DNA from: Raja brachyura
Lineage: Eukaryota
Direction: 5' to 3'
Length of the DNA stretch: 64,000 nt
Assembly: GCA_963514005.1 (NCBI GenBank)
Contig: OY740803.1
Coordinates: 43,648,001 to 43,712,000 of the forward strand
Below the pieces are notes generated by a model. That model was not told the DNA's origin. It worked only from the letters and a program-made list of their open reading frames with translations, and searched no databases. Made by a program: the position numbers and the translations under genes. Below, piece by piece: positions 60,459 through 64,000 of the stretch (positions are counted from its first letter, which is position 1; each line of letters begins with the position of its first letter).

Positions 60459-63400
60459 CAGATTCAGATTCAATTTTAATTGTCATTGTCAGTGTACAGT
60501 ACAGAGACAACGAAATGCATTTAGCATCTCCCTGGAAGAGCGACACAGCAAATGATTTGAATAAATAACAATAAGTGTCCGGGGGGGGGGGGGGTGATTG
60601 GCAGTCACCGAGGTACGTTGTTGAGTAGCGTGACAGCCGCCGGAAAGAAGCTGTTCCTGGACCTGCTGGTTCGGCAACGGAGAGACCTGTAGCGCCTCCC
60701 GGATGGTAGGAGGGTAAACAGTCCATGGTTGGGGTGAGAGAGGTCCTTGGCGATGCTGAGCGCCCTCCGCAGACAACGCTTGCTTTGGACAGACTCAATG
60801 GAGGGGAGCGAGGAACCGGTGATGTGTTGGGCAATTTTCACCACCCTCTGCAATGCCTTCCGGTCGGAGACAGAGCAGTTGCCATACCAAACTGTGATGC
60901 AGTTGGTAAGGATGCTCTCGATGGTGCAGCGGTAGAAGTTCACCAGGATCTGAGGAGACAGATGGACCTTCTTCAGTCTCCTCAGGAAGAAGAGACGCTG
61001 GTGAGCCTTCTTGATCAGAGTTGAGGTATTGTGGGTCCAAGAGAGGTCGTCGGAGAGGTTGACTCCCAGGAACCTGAAGCTAGAAACACGTTCCACCTCC
61101 GTACCGTTAATGTGGATGGGGGTGTGCGTGCCGCCCCTGGACTTCCTGAAGTCTACAATGAGCTCCTTGGTCTTCTTGGAGTTAAGGGCCAGGTTGTTTT
61201 CAGCGCACCATGCTGCTAAGTGCTGGACCTCCTCCCTGTAGGCCGACTCATCGTTGTTGCTGATGAGGCCAATCACCGTTGTATCATCTGCATACTTGAT
61301 GATGGTGTTAGTACCATGTACAGGTGTGCAGTCATAGGTGAAGAGGGAGTAGAGGAGGGGGCTCAGCACACAGCCCCGTGGAACGCTGGTGTTCAGGGTG
61401 AGGGTTGAAGAGGTGTGCTTGTCGAACCTAACAGACTGGGGTCTGTTGGTTAGAAAGTCCAGTATCCAGTTGCAGAGGGAAGGAGCGATGCACAGATTAC
61501 CGAGTTTGGCGATCAATTTTGATGGTATAATGGTGTTGAATGCTGAGCTGTAATCGATGAACAGCATTCTTATGTAAGTGTCTCTGTTGTCGAGGTGGGA
61601 GAGGGCGGAGTGAAGTGCCGTTGAGATGGCATCCTCCGTACTCCTGTTCTTGCGGTAGGCAAACTGATAGGGATCCAGTGTGGGGGGTAGGCAGCTTTTG
61701 AGGTGTGCCAGGACCAGCCTCTCGAAGCACTTGGTGATGATGGGGGTAAGTGCAACTGGGCGGAAGTCGTTGAGGCTTGCTGCAGTGGAGTGTTTTGGCA
61801 CTGGCACGATGGAGGTGGTTTTAAGGCACGTGGGGACAACTGCCTGGGCAAGTGACAGGTTGAAGATATCAGTCCAGACGTCTGCCAGCTGCGCCGCACA
61901 GACCCTGAGCACGCGCCCGGGGATGCCGTCAGGGCCAGCAGCTTTACGTGCATTAGTCCTACTCAGTGCCACGTATACGTCGTAGGGGGTGAGTGTGAGG
62001 GGTTGGTGATCGGCAGGTAGCACAGCCTTGATGGCTGTCTCTAGATTGTCCCTGTCGAAGCGGCCATAGAAGTGATTGAGCTCCTCAAGGAAGGAGGCGT
62101 CGCTGGATGTGGGGGTGGTGTTGGCGGGTCTGTAGTCCGTGATGGCCTGGATGCCTTGCCACATGCGTCGGGGGTCGGAGTTGTTGTTGAAGTGCTCCTC
62201 AATCCTGAGCTTATGGCAGTGCTTGGCCTTCTTGATGCCCCTCTTCAGGTTAGCCCTGGCTGAACTGTAGGCTCGAGCATCGCCTGACCTGAAAGCGGTG
62301 TCCCGTGCTTTCAGCTGTAGCCTGACCTCGCTGTTCATCCATGGCTTCTGATTCGGGAATATGGTCACCTGTTTGAGGGAGGTGACACTATTGATGGTGG
62401 AGTTTATAAAGTCCAGAACAGAGGATGTGTAGGAGTCGATGTCCGTGTGGGAGTCAAGGGTGGCCTGGGCTGCAAACGCCTTCCAGTCAGTGTTTCCAAA
62501 ACACTGCTGAAGTGTGAAGTCCGCTTCCTCTGACCAGACTTTAACTGTCCTCACAGTTGGTTTAACCCGTCTGATGAGTGGGGAGTACTTAGGGAGCAGG
62601 AACAATGAGATGTGATCAGACTGATCAAGGTTGGGGAGGGGGATGGCTTTGTAAGCTTCAGCCACGTTGGTGTAGACTTTGTCCAGTGTCTTGTCTACTC
62701 TAGTGGGGAAGGAGACATGCTGGTGGAATTTGGGGAGTACAGTCTTCAGGTTAGAGTGATTGAAGTCACCCGCAACAATGAAGGCTGCCTCGGGGTTGTG
62801 TGTCTGTTGATTGCTAATGGCAGTATGCAGCTCTTTCATTGCAAGCTTGGCATTAGCATCAGGAGGGATATAGGCTGCAGTCACAACAGTGGAGGTGAAC
62901 TCTCTGGGCAGATAGAACGGTCTGCATCTAACCAAGAGGAACTCAAGGTTAGCTGAGCAGTGACTTTCGATGATGGTGGAGTCCGTGCACCATGCTTTAT
63001 TTACATAAATGCACAGACCCCCACCTCTGGTCTTGCCGGAGTCCGATGTCCTGTCCACTCGGAGTAAGTGACGCCCCGATAGCTGGATGGCGCTGTCAGG
63101 AACGTCAGTGTTCAGCCAAGTTTCCGTGAGGATCAGGATGTTGCAGTCCTTGATCCGGTTGTGGGAGGTGATCCTTAGCCGGAGTTCGTCCATTTTATTT
63201 GCCAGTGAGCACACGTTGGCGAGGAAAAGACTAGGAATCGCTACCCTGTGCGGGGCTAGCTCTAACCTGGCCTTTAACCCCCCTCTGCGTCCCCGGCGGT
63301 GTTTACGCCCGCGTCGCCGTCTGTTGGTGCTTCTGGTCGGCCGAGCTGGCTTGGTGCGCGCTGGTGTTCTACCGCTCCGTTGCACCGCGTCTACGTCTAC

Positions 63401-63948
63401 GTCTCCGTGGCTCCGCAGGCGGTCTTCAGCCCCGCGGCTCTGCTGATGGTCTCCAGCCCCGGGGCTTACCTGGCGTTCTCCAGCTCCCCGGGTCGGGTGG
63501 CGTTCTCCAGCTCCCCGGGTCGGGTGGCGTTCTCCAGCTCCCCGGGTCGGGTGGCGTTCTCCAGCTCCACGGGTAGGGTGGCGGTCTCCAGCTCCACGGG
63601 TCGGGTGGCGGTCTCCAGTTCCACGGGTCGGGTGGCGGTCTCCAGCTCCACGGGTCGGGTGGCGGTCTCCAGCTCCACGGGTCGGGTGGCGGTCTCCAGC
63701 TCCACGGGTCGGGTGGCGGTCTCCAGCTCCACGGGTCGGGTGGCGTTCTCCAGCTGCGAGGGTCAGGTGAGCTCCACGGGTCGGGTGGCGTTCTCCAGCT
63801 GCGAGGGTCAGGTGAGCTCCACGGGTCGGGTGGTGTTCTCCAGCTCCGGGGCTTACCTGGCGTTCTCCAACTCCGCGGGTCGGGTGAGGGAGAACCCGCG
63901 GAGTTGGAGAACGCCAGGTAAGCCCCGGAGCTGGAGAACAAGTCATCA
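60459..63948 (-). mobile_element. Young Rex1/Babar LINE, probably 5'-truncated within a VNTR
   Basis: 7-bp TSD ttcactt (60452-60458 / 63949-63955); (gaatct)n tail; long APE+RT ORF. Confidence 0.95.
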
Positions 63949-63949
63949 T
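60605..63949 (-). CDS. Rex1/Babar APE endonuclease-reverse transcriptase ORF with an N-terminal repeat tract
   Basis: 1114 codons open: [43 protein letters not shown]; PQG motif reads PRG. Confidence 0.85.
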   Translation of the reverse strand: MMTCSPAPGLTWRSPTPRVLPHPTRGVGERQVSPGAGEHHPTRGAHLTLAAGERHPTRGAHLTLAAGERHPTRGAGDRHPTRGAGDRHPTRGAGDRHPTRGAGDRHPTRGTGDRHPTRGAGDRHPTRGAGERHPTRGAGERHPTRGAGERHPTRGAGERQVSPGAGDHQQSRGAEDRLRSHGDVDVDAVQRSGRTPARTKPARPTRSTNRRRRGRKHRRGRRGGLKARLELAPHRVAIPSLFLANVCSLANKMDELRLRITSHNRIKDCNILILTETWLNTDVPDSAIQLSGRHLLRVDRTSDSGKTRGGGLCIYVNKAWCTDSTIIESHCSANLEFLLVRCRPFYLPREFTSTVVTAAYIPPDANAKLAMKELHTAISNQQTHNPEAAFIVAGDFNHSNLKTVLPKFHQHVSFPTRVDKTLDKVYTNVAEAYKAIPLPNLDQSDHISLFLLPKYSPLIRRVKPTVRTVKVWSEEADFTLQQCFGNTDWKAFAAQATLDSHTDIDSYTSSVLDFINSTINSVTSLKQVTIFPNQKPWMNSEVRLQLKARDTAFRSGDARAYSSARANLKRGIKKAKHCHKLRIEEHFNNNSDPRRMWQGIQAITDYRPANTTPTSSDASFLEELNHFYGRFDRDNLETAIKAVLPADHQPLTLTPYDVYVALSRTNARKAAGPDGIPGRVLRVCAAQLADVWTDIFNLSLAQAVVPTCLKTTSIVPVPKHSTAASLNDFRPVALTPIITKCFERLVLAHLKSCLPPTLDPYQFAYRKNRSTEDAISTALHSALSHLDNRDTYIRMLFIDYSSAFNTIIPSKLIAKLGNLCIAPSLCNWILDFLTNRPQSVRFDKHTSSTLTLNTSVPRGCVLSPLLYSLFTYDCTPVHGTNTIIKYADDTTVIGLISNNDESAYREEVQHLAAWCAENNLALNSKKTKELIVDFRKSRGGTHTPIHINGTEVERVSSFRFLGVNLSDDLSWTHNTSTLIKKAHQRLFFLRRLKKVHLSPQILVNFYRCTIESILTNCITVWYGNCSVSDRKALQRVVKIAQHITGSSLPSIESVQSKRCLRRALSIAKDLSHPNHGLFTLLPSGRRYRSLRCRTSRSRNSFFPAAVTLLNNVPR
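63470..63940 (-). repeat. 27-bp GC-rich VNTR (gggtcgggtggcggtctccagctccac) with longer variant units
   Basis: Tandem array encoding ([10 protein letters not shown])n in the Rex ORF frame. Confidence 0.95.
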
Positions 63950-64000
63950 TCACTTGTTCAAAATGAATGATGCAAATTGTTTGTTACAATTGAAATCTTT

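Noticed and set aside
63299-63970. Repetitive ORFs in other frames of the VNTR ([26 protein letters not shown])
   Set aside because: By-products of a stop-free 27-bp repeat; no independent evidence of coding

Overview
Repeat-dense vertebrate intronic DNA. The repeat content (HE1-like V-SINEs, CR1, Rex1/Babar, Penelope-like elements) suggests a cartilaginous fish such as a skate or ray. The only host coding sequence is two phase-0 exons of RPTOR (Raptor, mTORC1 scaffold) on the + strand: 40777-40935 and 46688-46834, equivalent to human exons 4 and 5. The rest is intron. It holds CR1, Rex1/Babar (one with a near-intact 1114-codon ORF), Penelope-like, HERO-like and Tx1/L1-like retroelements, Tc1, hAT, Harbinger and Tc2-type DNA elements, SINEs, local duplications and some candidate conserved non-coding blocks. 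The most striking signal is two different ~120-150 bp TSD-flanked retro-insertions (20351-20502 and 26415-26535, minus strand). Each begins with a ~52-nt minimal HDV-like ribozyme fold, and the helices covary between the two. Many Penelope-derived repeats also carry minimal hammerhead ribozyme motifs and often form fold-back palindromes. All calls are by eye, and most repeat boundaries are approximate.
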